This document shows positions 55,869 through 64,000 of a stretch of 64,000 nt of DNA, one piece after another. A model generated the notes under the pieces. That model did no database searches and was not told where the DNA came from. It saw only the letters and a program-made list of their open reading frames with translations. This DNA is from an uncultured Lentimicrobiaceae bacterium (GTDB lineage: Bacteria; Bacteroidota; Bacteroidia; Bacteroidales; F082): positions 212,093 to 276,092 of the forward strand of contig CAYQND010000002.1 of assembly GCA_964418895.1 (NCBI GenBank), in the 5' to 3' direction. The translations under genes and the position numbers were made by a program. How positions within the stretch are numbered: position 1 is the first letter of the stretch; each line of letters opens with the position of its first letter.

Positions 55869-56592
55869 GGAATGCCGTAAGCATTGGCCTTGGCAGTATG
55901 GTTCATTCCTACGGAATGTTGTCATTCTCTATGTTTAGGTCTTTTTACCGACAGGTTTTCCCTACGGGAAATTAAGCTTTGATGCGTCTTCTGCTTGTTT
56001 TGTTATCGTTTATAGAGGCATTAATGGTCTGTTTTGAAACAGCCCTAAGTCAAAATGCCGTAGGCATTATCTGTCGGTAAAGACAAAGCAAATCCGATAA
56101 AACCTTATGCCAAGGCATTGACTATGGCAGTATGGTTCATTCCTACGGAATGTTGTCTTTTTCTTTGGTTAGGTCTTTTTACCGACAGGTTTTCCCTACG
56201 GGAAATTAAGCTTTGATGCGTCTTCTGCTTGTTTTGTTATCGTTTATAGAGGCATTAATGGTCTGTTTTGAAACAGCCCTAAGTCAAAATGCCGTAGGCA
56301 TTATCTGTCGGTAAAGACAAAGCAAATCCGATAAAACCTTATGCCAAGGCATTGACTGTGGCAGTATGGTCCATTCCTACGGAATGTTGTCTTTTTCTTT
56401 GGTTAGGTCTTTTTACCGATAGGTTTTCCCTACGGGAAATTAAGCTGTGATGCGTCTTCTGTTCGTTTTGTTATCGTTTATCTAGGCATTAATGGTCGGG
56501 TTTTAACAACCCTAAGTCAAAATGCCGTAGGCATTATCTGTCGGTAAAAGAGAGCAAATAGTTGATAGTGAATGCCGTAGGCATTGACCATC
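55869..56592 (+). repeat. tandem array of three 234-bp copies of a hairpin-dense non-coding element
   Basis: The anchor TGGCAGTATGG recurs at 55891, 56125 and 56359, an exact 234-nt period. Copies 1 and 2 are nearly identical and copy 3 carries scattered substitutions. No ORF of 60 aa or more is present. Each unit carries five short perfect hairpins plus an 11-nt long-range inverted repeat. Confidence 0.9.
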
Positions 56593-56652
56593 GAAAAAAA
56601 CGGCAAGGCAGGCTCTTTTCATCTTCTTTTCCCGACACATTCAAAAAAAAAC

Positions 56653-56660
56653 TATTTTTG
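56653..56660 (+). promoter_or_regulatory. -7 promoter box TATTTTTG
   Basis: 29 nt upstream of the ATG at 56690. Confidence 0.45.
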
Positions 56661-56689
56661 TGACAAACAAAGATAATCTATAACCTATT

Positions 56690-57685
56690 ATGAAACAAGT
56701 TTTTACGTTTATCGCGGCAGCATTTCTTCTTGTTGTCGTCGGCTGCCAGCCAAAAACCGGAAACAACAACGACACTACGGAATCATCCGTAACACAGCCA
56801 GAACAGTCCGTCATGACGCCAATCGCACTGAAGGACTGTAACCTTGCATTCACCAGCACCAGCGACATGGTGTTTTTAGCCAACGCGGATAGCAACGCCG
56901 TAGCGCCTTTCGACGTAGAAAAAGACACGGTTTTCAATTACGTTTTCGTCACCGACCTCAACAGGTTCTATTACACAGTGAAGACGAACAACACGCTGAA
57001 GCTCAGATATATCGACTTCAACGACGAGACTGTTGTCCCACACGATGTCATCGACTGGGGCAAAACGCCACAGGATTGTTTTTCGGAAACCGACGGCCTT
57101 CCTGCCAAATTAATCTACAAGAACAACAGCCTTTACATTGCTTGTGATTTCGATTGGGACAGCTACAATTTCAGTCGCGCCATGGTTTACGATCTGACGA
57201 CTAACACCTTGCGTAAGTCAAAACTGACAAATAACAGCAACGAGTATATGGATCTCATCACTTCCAATAACGATGAAGGCTCGGATTCCTTTAGCATGCA
57301 GAATCAGCAGTATTACTATAAGATGAATGGCAAGAAAGTCTGTCTGAGCGACAAGATCGACTTCAACAGCCTTGTCTCCGACCCTGATTATGCTGAGCCC
57401 AGAGAGTTCTTTTATCCGGCTATTTCGCCCGATGGCAAGCGGGTTTGTTACGGCGTGATGGTGGAGATGGGCGACCTTGGCCATGGACCATACTGCATCG
57501 CCAACCTTGACGGCAGCGGACAAAAGGCGTTGAAGGGCACCGACTTGTCAAACAGCTACAAGCCTAAGTGGACTGAAAGCGGCTCGCTTGTCTTTATCTC
57601 CGACACGCTGCTGAACGTAATCCGTCCAGCTCAGAGCGAGCCTGAAGTTTTGTATGATAGGACGAAAATGTTTGTCATTAAATAA
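56690..57685 (+). CDS. hypothetical lipoprotein (possible beta-propeller; PD40-like segment)
   Basis: Lipobox LLVVVGC. ISPDGKRVCYG resembles a TolB/PD40-type repeat. No firm family assignment. Confidence 0.7.
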   Translation: MKQVFTFIAAAFLLVVVGCQPKTGNNNDTTESSVTQPEQSVMTPIALKDCNLAFTSTSDMVFLANADSNAVAPFDVEKDTVFNYVFVTDLNRFYYTVKTNNTLKLRYIDFNDETVVPHDVIDWGKTPQDCFSETDGLPAKLIYKNNSLYIACDFDWDSYNFSRAMVYDLTTNTLRKSKLTNNSNEYMDLITSNNDEGSDSFSMQNQQYYYKMNGKKVCLSDKIDFNSLVSDPDYAEPREFFYPAISPDGKRVCYGVMVEMGDLGHGPYCIANLDGSGQKALKGTDLSNSYKPKWTESGSLVFISDTLLNVIRPAQSEPEVLYDRTKMFVIK

Positions 57686-57691
57686 TTTCTC

Positions 57692-58258
57692 ATGAATAAA
57701 AAGTTATTTCTTCTTGTCATGGTGACGATGTTCGTCGCTGTGGCTTATGCTCAGAACGGGTCGTTTCCGACAGTGTTAGCTGAGTTGATGGACAAGGAAC
57801 ATGTTGCTCAGGCCAAGGCTGACATCGCCGCTTTCCGTCAGAATGAGATGGAAAATGACGAGTACCTCTCTGAAGCGGAACTCGGGTTCCGTTGCGACAC
57901 CTTTGCTATCGAGCATTTCCGCGTGATGCGCAACGACATCGACATTACCGATTTGGGCATGCGGCAGACCGAGTCTGCGTGCTACGACGCCTACGACGCC
58001 CTTCTCAACAAATATTACAAGTTGCTGAAATCAAGCTTGAGTGAAGCCGATCAGGCTGTACTTCTCAAGTCGCAACGCAGTTGGCTCGCCTATCGCGACA
58101 ACGAATTCGACTTAGTCAAGTTGCTCAACAAGGATGAGTATTCTGGAGGCGGCACGATTTCGCTTCTCATAGCAGGTTGCCGTGAGACGGACATTGTGAA
58201 GGACAGGGTGTTGAAATTGGCTTGGTATTGGATTAGTGTGTCGGACATGGCCGAGTGA
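57692..58258 (+). CDS. DUF1311 (LprI-like) domain protein, secreted
   Basis: Signal peptide. CYDAYDALLNKYYKLLKSSL...QRSWLAYRDNE matches the DUF1311 pattern. Confidence 0.75.
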   Translation: MNKKLFLLVMVTMFVAVAYAQNGSFPTVLAELMDKEHVAQAKADIAAFRQNEMENDEYLSEAELGFRCDTFAIEHFRVMRNDIDITDLGMRQTESACYDAYDALLNKYYKLLKSSLSEADQAVLLKSQRSWLAYRDNEFDLVKLLNKDEYSGGGTISLLIAGCRETDIVKDRVLKLAWYWISVSDMAE

Positions 58259-58282
58259 AGCAGTCCGCGACGGCAAAACGGG

Positions 58283-58780
58283 CTACTTTTCGGAGTCTCT
58301 CATCCTGTTGATGATAGATGTGGTGGAGTAACCTTCCACGAGGTCAACGGTCACCACGCTTCCGCCATGTGCTGTGACGATGTCGTGCCCCACGATGTCT
58401 TCAGGTTTGTAGTCCTTGCCTTTCACCAGCACGTCGGGTTGCACCATCTTGATCAATTCGTACGGTGTGTCTTCGTCGAACAGCACGACGGCATCGACAA
58501 ACTGCAAGGATGCAAGCAGCAAGGCGCGGGCAGCCTCATCATTCACGGGACGCTGTTCGCCTTTGAGTCGGCGCACCGAGGCATCGGCGTTCAGACCAAC
58601 GATGAGCACATCGCCGCAGTCGGCAGCCTGTGCGAGGTATTCCACATGTCCGCGATGAAGTATGTCGAAACAACCGTTGGTGAAGACAATGCGTTTTCCC
58701 GAACGGCGCCATTCGTCAAGTCTTGCGACGAGCGCATCGCAAGAAAGGATTTTGTCATTGATTTTCCGTAAAGTCTTCAT
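58283..58780 (-). CDS. cytidylyl/adenylyltransferase family protein (RfaE domain II-like, heptose-1-phosphate adenylyltransferase type)
   Basis: TNGCFDILHRGH contains the HxGH nucleotidyltransferase motif. 165 aa. The listed ORF start at 58903 is an unsupported extension. Confidence 0.8.
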   Translation of the reverse strand: MKTLRKINDKILSCDALVARLDEWRRSGKRIVFTNGCFDILHRGHVEYLAQAADCGDVLIVGLNADASVRRLKGEQRPVNDEAARALLLASLQFVDAVVLFDEDTPYELIKMVQPDVLVKGKDYKPEDIVGHDIVTAHGGSVVTVDLVEGYSTTSIINRMRDSEK

Positions 58781-59291
58781 TGTCAGCCGTATTATGGTTA
58801 GATATTCTAAACGAAAAGAAACGATTGAAGAAATAGCTGAACAGCACCGAGATGATGCCAATGAGGATATACGACAGCGTTGGGAAGATGCCGCAGACCT
58901 CAACGAAGAATTTCAGACCGCCATATACGATAAAAACGTTCACCACAGACACCATCAGGTAACGGAAAATCTGTGCTTTACCGCCCAAAGATGACTCGGA
59001 GAAGGTGATGTGACGTGCCAGCCAGAAGCCTGTCAGGAAGGTGATTGGCCATTTGAAGACAAACGAAGCGATGTGAGGCGTGAAGGTGACAAGGTTACCA
59101 AGTTGAAACAAGGTTCTGTGGAATACGTAATGGTAGAAAACGTAATACAAGATGGTGTCAAAGACCATGTTGAGGCCACCCGTGAATCCGTAGCGGAAAA
59201 ACTGCAAGCTGCACACTTTGTGGAACGGCGGATAAAAGAAATCGACGACCGACCAAAGTGCGTGCTGAATTTTTTCCTCAAAGCGTTTCAT
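58755..59291 (-). CDS. GtrA-family membrane protein
   Basis: FFRYGFTGGLNMVFDTILYYVF and 4 TM segments are typical of GtrA-like proteins. It overlaps the downstream gene by 26 nt. Confidence 0.75.
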   Translation of the reverse strand: MKRFEEKIQHALWSVVDFFYPPFHKVCSLQFFRYGFTGGLNMVFDTILYYVFYHYVFHRTLFQLGNLVTFTPHIASFVFKWPITFLTGFWLARHITFSESSLGGKAQIFRYLMVSVVNVFIVYGGLKFFVEVCGIFPTLSYILIGIISVLFSYFFNRFFSFRISNHNTADNEDFTENQ

Positions 59292-59309
59292 CGTTGTTGT
59301 TTAAGACAA

Positions 59310-59317
59310 CAAAAGTA
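59310..59317 (-). promoter_or_regulatory. -7 promoter box (minus strand TACTTTTG)
   Basis: The + strand reads CAAAAGTA, 18 nt upstream of the ATG at 59291. Confidence 0.4.
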
Positions 59318-59377
59318 AGCAAAATAGCTTTTCATCCTGAAAATGAGCGGAACATAGGAAGGATTCCGCCACATTTC

Positions 59378-59785
59378 CTATTCTTTACCAGGCACGGTGT
59401 CCTTGATGCTTCCAACCAGACCCTCGAAGAAGGGGCTGACACTCTTGAAAAGTTTCTGAGCGCCATTGGCGACTTGTGTGGCTCCGGCCTTGGTGGCAAA
59501 GCCGACATACTCGCCGCGAAGCCGTGTGAACAAGGTTTTTTCCTCGTCGCTGAAACGGCTCAGGTTGTCGCGGTACTCCTCGACCATTGCCTTATACTCG
59601 TCGAATGAATAGTCCCAGTCCTCATTGGTGAAGTTTGGATATTCGCTTCTTGTGGAGTCGATGAACTGTTGGGCGCGTTTCATGAACGTTCTTTGGCTGC
59701 CACTTTTGAAGGCCACTTGATGTTCCTGTCCGAAAGCTGTCATGGCTGTCAGGCAGAACAAGGCGATTACAATTAGTTTTTTCAT
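59378..59785 (-). CDS. hypothetical secreted protein
   Basis: Signal peptide MKKLIVIALFCLTAMTAFGQ. It starts 13 nt after the stop of the mevalonate-kinase-like gene. No family recognised. Confidence 0.65.
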   Translation of the reverse strand: MKKLIVIALFCLTAMTAFGQEHQVAFKSGSQRTFMKRAQQFIDSTRSEYPNFTNEDWDYSFDEYKAMVEEYRDNLSRFSDEEKTLFTRLRGEYVGFATKAGATQVANGAQKLFKSVSPFFEGLVGSIKDTVPGKE

Positions 59786-59798
59786 GACTTCTCAACGT

Positions 59799-60683
59799 TT
59801 AAATCCATATTACATTATATGACTCCAGCAATTTTGATGCCGAATCCACGTCGTCGGTGAATCCGAGCATGTAGCCTCCTCCTCCGGAACCTGAAATCTT
59901 GACGCCGAAATGGAAATCGGGTCTCATTTCGAATAGCGGCAACGTGTTGTCAGTAATCATGGGCAGCAGAAATGTCATCTGAGCCGCAGACAAGCATCCA
60001 AGGGAGTCGAAAAAGTCCTTCACATCGCCTTTCAGCATGGTTTCAATACATGATGTGACATGAGGAACATACTCTTTCTGAAACCGAATCAGAAAGTCTT
60101 CATCCATTCGTTTTTCCTTGAAATAATTCACCAGAGGTCCCGTCTTGCTTCTCCTTCCAGTGTCGATGAGACAGACACGAATTTCTTTGTTCAGGAAGCC
60201 TTCGTCGAGCAATTCCAACTTTCCATCCTTGATCTGGAATGGCTTGCCAAGGTAACACTGCAGCGGGTCGATGCCCGAACTGCTGCCGTGAAAATAACTC
60301 TCCATCTGTCCGAATAGACGCTTCAGAGCCATCGTGTCGTCTGTTGTCTGTCGTCCGTAGCGTTTATAGACAGCCGCTACCAGAACTCCGGAACTACCTA
60401 ATCCATAACTACTTGGCACATCGGAATAAAGAAACAAGCCTTTGTCTAAATCATCAGCCAAGCGTTTTAAGTCGAGTTTGTCGCCAAAATCGGTTTGCCC
60501 TGACAAATAGTCGGCGAAACGCCGGATGGCGGCATTGGAAGATTTCTCCCTTTCGTCGGTCAAAGTGTTGCCGAAACTCCAGTATGCCTTGAATTTCCTG
60601 AAAGGAATCATCAAGGCCACGGAATCGAATATCATCGAATACTCGCCGAAAAGGATGATTTTGCTATAAAACACTTCGTCCAT
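59799..60683 (-). CDS. GHMP kinase (mevalonate kinase-like)
   Basis: SKIILFGEYSMIF is an N-terminal GHMP substrate motif and SSYGLGSSGVLVAAV is the GHMP ATP-binding loop. It lies 3 nt downstream of the decarboxylase gene. Confidence 0.75.
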   Translation of the reverse strand: MDEVFYSKIILFGEYSMIFDSVALMIPFRKFKAYWSFGNTLTDEREKSSNAAIRRFADYLSGQTDFGDKLDLKRLADDLDKGLFLYSDVPSSYGLGSSGVLVAAVYKRYGRQTTDDTMALKRLFGQMESYFHGSSSGIDPLQCYLGKPFQIKDGKLELLDEGFLNKEIRVCLIDTGRRSKTGPLVNYFKEKRMDEDFLIRFQKEYVPHVTSCIETMLKGDVKDFFDSLGCLSAAQMTFLLPMITDNTLPLFEMRPDFHFGVKISGSGGGGYMLGFTDDVDSASKLLESYNVIWI

Positions 60684-60686
60684 GGC

Positions 60687-61751
60687 TCATAATTTGGATG
60701 GACCCGTTCCGACGCGGTCTTCTATCCATTGCGAATTCATGCAGAATGGTTCCAAAGCATTGGAAATAAACGATTTCACTTCATCAGCGCAGGATTCGGG
60801 ATAGAGCAGATGCACGTTAGGGCCGGCATCCAGCGTGAAAGCCACGGGAATTGATCTTTGCTCCCTGTAACGCCGCACTTCTGCAATGATATTCAGCGTG
60901 TTAGGCTTGAGCAACATATAAGATGGGTTGGAACACATCATCAAGGCGTGGAGTTGCAAGGCTTCCGCTTCGGTGATGTTGACAAAAGTTTCCAAATCAC
61001 CTGTTTTCAAGGCTGACAATAAACTTGCGATGTTGTTTTGTGCCTGATTGTAACGTGTTGATGCATACGGATTTGTATCCATCAATGCATGACCTTTTCG
61101 GCTTGATGTCTGTTTTTGTCCATCGCTGACGACAAGGATGCTGTCGCGGTAAGTCTTGAAGACAGGATGAATAATGTCGCAGATAGGCACGGCATAATCG
61201 TCGGAACTATCAGTATAACAGTTTGTTGCCCCCCAAAGCGCCATCGTCGGGAACACCGATCTTGAAGCGCTGCCGGAAGCAAGTCGGGCAAGGTATGAGG
61301 CTTTCTGCAAATCGATGGCGGTTTCGTCATTCGCCATCCTTTCTATGTCTAACAGGCACATTATCAATGCGCTCATCGATGATGCCGAGGATGCGATGCC
61401 AGAAGAATGAGGAAAAGTGTTGTGACTGTCGATTTTAAGATCGAGTTGCGAAAGGAATGGGAGATAAGGCAGGTTGGCGACAAGAAATTCCTTGATTCTC
61501 TCGGAAAATGGAACGTTTTCCTTGCCGTCGAATCTGAAATCCAGAGAGAAACGGTCTGATTTCTCGAAGAAGACGGAAGTCTCGGTGCGGCATTGCGACA
61601 AGGTGAAACTGATCGAAGGGTTTCGGGGAAGTTGGTTGTCTCTCTTGCCCCAATATTTCACGATGGCGATGTTCGATGGGCTTTGCCATTTCACGCCGCC
61701 GTGAAAGTCTTCGGGAAGTGTGCCCGATAATGAAGCATCGTTCCAATTCAT
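60687..61751 (-). CDS. diphosphomevalonate decarboxylase
   Basis: SPSNIAIVKYWGKRD and HSSGIASSASSMSAL are MVD blocks. I chose the ATG at 61751 because a TATCTTTG box sits 18 nt upstream and inside the longer listed ORF. Confidence 0.85.
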   Translation of the reverse strand: MNWNDASLSGTLPEDFHGGVKWQSPSNIAIVKYWGKRDNQLPRNPSISFTLSQCRTETSVFFEKSDRFSLDFRFDGKENVPFSERIKEFLVANLPYLPFLSQLDLKIDSHNTFPHSSGIASSASSMSALIMCLLDIERMANDETAIDLQKASYLARLASGSASRSVFPTMALWGATNCYTDSSDDYAVPICDIIHPVFKTYRDSILVVSDGQKQTSSRKGHALMDTNPYASTRYNQAQNNIASLLSALKTGDLETFVNITEAEALQLHALMMCSNPSYMLLKPNTLNIIAEVRRYREQRSIPVAFTLDAGPNVHLLYPESCADEVKSFISNALEPFCMNSQWIEDRVGTGPSKL

Positions 61752-61769
61752 CTCTAAACGTTTATAAGG

Positions 61770-61777
61770 CAAAGATA
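61770..61777 (-). promoter_or_regulatory. -7 promoter box (minus strand TATCTTTG) internal to the mevalonate cluster
   Basis: The + strand reads CAAAGATA, 18 nt upstream of the ATG at 61751. Confidence 0.4.
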
Positions 61778-61876
61778 ACGAAAATATCATCGATGGCGTC
61801 AAGGCGATACATCAGGCAGGCTTTTCCAAAGCGAAGCGATAGTGTGTTTTTGACGATCATCAAAGGGAAAAGATTA

Positions 61877-62794
61877 TTATAGCACCCACTCGCGATAAGG
61901 GACAACGACGTGAAGTCCCAAAGACTGGAAGTAGGTCCGCACGCGATTTTCCGGCCATTCCGTTGCGGCGAGGAAGAAGTCGCCACCCCAAGCTCCGAGC
62001 GATTTCATTCCGCCGTCGAATTTCGGGAAGCGTTTCAGTATGGATTCGCGTCCAATGCACGAAGCCACGATGTCTTCATGGATGCGGATGTAGTAACAGA
62101 ACAGAGCCAGCGAGGGACAGTCCACGAGGGTGCGGGTGATGTCGCTCACGGTGTCTATCTCATATTGAAAATTCTGCTGTCGCAGCAATTCCAAGAAGGA
62201 TTTCACTTCGCCTGAAGACTGCTGCTTCCGGCCTTGATAGACGAAATACAGGTTGTCGGAAAATGGAGGGTCGAAAGGCACAGGTTCCATTACGGGATGT
62301 CCGTTTTCGAGGTGGTAGAACAATGGTGATGTCGCCGTGGCGCAAGCGATGTCGTAGCCAGAGCCGCCGAAGGTCCGTTTTAGCAACTCATAGGGGTCGA
62401 TGCCGGCCCAACGGGCGAGGTTGGAAATCAGCGTGGAACTGCTTCCCAAGCCCCACTCGGGATCGAAGTCAAGTTCCGTATTGAACATCAAGTCGTTGCC
62501 TGAAAACAAAGATGGATTCAAATCGCGTACGGCGTTGAGGATGCGTTGCAGGTATTCTGCCTTATCCACGTCGTCGGTGGTTTTCAAGTCGAGATTCTTA
62601 CGTCCGAAGACAGCCGAAAACCAATGCCCATCGGGTTTGATGCTGTTCCAGACGAGGGTGTCGGTATTATTGTCGGACGAGACGACATTCATGCTTTGTC
62701 CGAGCTTCAGAGGCAAAGCCAAGGCATAGGCTCCGCAGAGGACGAGGTATTCGCCTGAGAGGAGCAATTTAGCGTTTGAACGAAAGTTTGCCAT
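61877..62794 (-). CDS. GYDIA-motif GHMP kinase (candidate phosphomevalonate kinase)
   Basis: AKLLLSGEYLVL, GLGSSSTLISNL (GHMP loop) and the literal GSGYDIA motif. It overlaps the HMG-CoA reductase stop by 26 nt. Confidence 0.8.
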   Translation of the reverse strand: MANFRSNAKLLLSGEYLVLCGAYALALPLKLGQSMNVVSSDNNTDTLVWNSIKPDGHWFSAVFGRKNLDLKTTDDVDKAEYLQRILNAVRDLNPSLFSGNDLMFNTELDFDPEWGLGSSSTLISNLARWAGIDPYELLKRTFGGSGYDIACATATSPLFYHLENGHPVMEPVPFDPPFSDNLYFVYQGRKQQSSGEVKSFLELLRQQNFQYEIDTVSDITRTLVDCPSLALFCYYIRIHEDIVASCIGRESILKRFPKFDGGMKSLGAWGGDFFLAATEWPENRVRTYFQSLGLHVVVPYREWVL

Positions 62795-64000
62795 TATGTT
62801 TCCTTAATGAGTCAAGATATTGTTCGACAGCGGCATACGACACGACTTTGTCTTCGAAATACGTATGTGCCAGTTTCTTTTCGTTATCGGTTGCCTGAAG
62901 CTGGTTGAGGATGTTGTTCAGGTGCATTTTCATGTGTCCTGCCTGAATGCCTTTGGTGGTCAGCGAGCGCACGGCGGCGAAGTTGTTGGCTAATCCCATG
63001 GTGGCGGCAATCATCATCAGTTCGGGAGCGGTAGGGTTGCCCAGCAGTTCGAGCGATTTTTTTGCAAGAGGATGCAGGCTGGTCAGTCCCCCCACAGTGC
63101 CGAGTGCCATAGGCACTTCGAGTTCGAAACGGAATTGTCCTGCTTCTGTCGTCACGCTGGAGAGGCTTTCGTAGCGTCCGTTGCGTGCGGCAAAGGTGTG
63201 GCCGGCAGCTTCCACGGCGCGGAAGTCATTGCCTGTGGCGATAACCACGGCGTCGATGCCGTTGTAGATGCCTTTGTTGTGTGTCGTGGCACGATAGACG
63301 TCCACATGGGCGATGTCCACGGCAGTCTTGAATTTCGTGGCATATTCGGCACCCGAAAGATGCTCGTCGATGCCATCCAGCTTATCTACAGGACATTCCA
63401 CCCACACTTTCACCCTGCAATCGGGCGTATTGTTCGACAGGATGGTCATGACGATTTCGACATGGCGTTCCACTTCACTGAGGGCGGTCTGTCCGGCGAA
63501 GAAGTCGCAAAGGCTGTGTCCGAACTGTTCGAGTACCGAGTTGATGAAGTTGGCTCCCATTGAGTCGCAGGTGTTGAACTCGGCGAAAATCTGGTATAGG
63601 TCGGGGATTTGTTCCGAGAAGTCTTTGAGGCTGATGTCCAAAATGCCGCCGCCACGTTTCACCATCTTTTCGGTCATCGAGACGGTGTCGTCAATCAGGC
63701 GTTGCCGTATGTCGGGAAAGAGTTCCGCGAGCCGAGCCTTGTCGCCGTGCCAAAGGAAATGTACCTGCCCCACTTTCCTCACGTCAATCACTTCGGCATG
63801 GAATCCACCTCTTTCGCCCCAGAACTTGGCAGCCGCCGAAGCTGCCGCGACGACGGAACTCTCTTCGATGACCATGGGAACGATATAGTTTTTCCCGTTG
63901 ATCATCACGTTGGGCGAGATGCCGTATGGCGTGAAAAAATTGGTGATGGTATTCTCGCTGAACTCGTCGAAAAGTTCCTGTTGCCGTTTGTCGGTATACC
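62769..64000 (-). CDS. hydroxymethylglutaryl-CoA reductase, class II type; 5' end outside window
   Basis: EESSVVAAAS, CDSMGANFIN and ALGTVGG are class II HMGR blocks. The frame stays open upstream of the listed start (…DKRQQELFDEFSENTITNFFTPYGISPNVMINGK) to the window edge. Confidence 0.88.
   Translation of the reverse strand, partial: YTDKRQQELFDEFSENTITNFFTPYGISPNVMINGKNYIVPMVIEESSVVAAASAAAKFWGERGGFHAEVIDVRKVGQVHFLWHGDKARLAELFPDIRQRLIDDTVSMTEKMVKRGGGILDISLKDFSEQIPDLYQIFAEFNTCDSMGANFINSVLEQFGHSLCDFFAGQTALSEVERHVEIVMTILSNNTPDCRVKVWVECPVDKLDGIDEHLSGAEYATKFKTAVDIAHVDVYRATTHNKGIYNGIDAVVIATGNDFRAVEAAGHTFAARNGRYESLSSVTTEAGQFRFELEVPMALGTVGGLTSLHPLAKKSLELLGNPTAPELMMIAATMGLANNFAAVRSLTTKGIQAGHMKMHLNNILNQLQATDNEKKLAHTYFEDKVVSYAAVEQYLDSLRKHNGKLSFKR

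Noticed and set aside
55869-56592. Possible CRISPR array or integron attC array.
   Set aside because: Whole 234-bp units repeat head to tail with no unique spacers. No cas genes or integrase lie nearby. There are no cassette ORFs or GTTRRRY-type core sites. I kept it as an unexplained tandem structured repeat instead.

Overview
The window looks like a Bacteroidales-type chromosomal segment. About 25 genes are preceded by the Bacteroidetes -7 promoter box TAnnTTTG, Shine-Dalgarno sequences are nearly absent, one protein has a T9SS C-terminal sorting domain, and GH92/GH97, DUF4270 and GSCFA genes are present. I see about 55 protein genes, one tRNA-Pro(GGG), no rRNA, no CRISPR array, no transposase or integrase, and no recognisable defence system. 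Most genes are housekeeping: mnmA, rluA-type, sbcCD, ogt, recJ, purH-mreBCD, an EF-G paralogue, pheS, pgi, a DEAD-box helicase, menA, trxB and recG. The most unusual structure is non-coding. It is three exact-period (234 bp) head-to-tail copies of a hairpin-dense element between recG and the next gene (55869..56592), and no listed feature type explains it. Other points worth a second look: (1) a Fic gene bracketed by ~140-bp direct repeats, the upstream one a decayed copy of its own 3' end; (2) a mevalonate-pathway operon with a GYDIA-motif GHMP kinase; (3) a GH3-like adenylating enzyme, a LysE exporter with an EF-hand loop, and an HdeD-like protein packed together; (4) tandem tail-less SSB paralogues followed by an orphan gene; (5) an NdpA-like protein coupled to a GNAT; (6) an AT-rich islet with an unannotated small membrane ORF coupled to an orphan lipoprotein; (7) a divergent pair of a small helical protein and a membrane protein with an HExxH motif. 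All family assignments come from motifs I can read in the translations plus recalled family knowledge. No database search was run.
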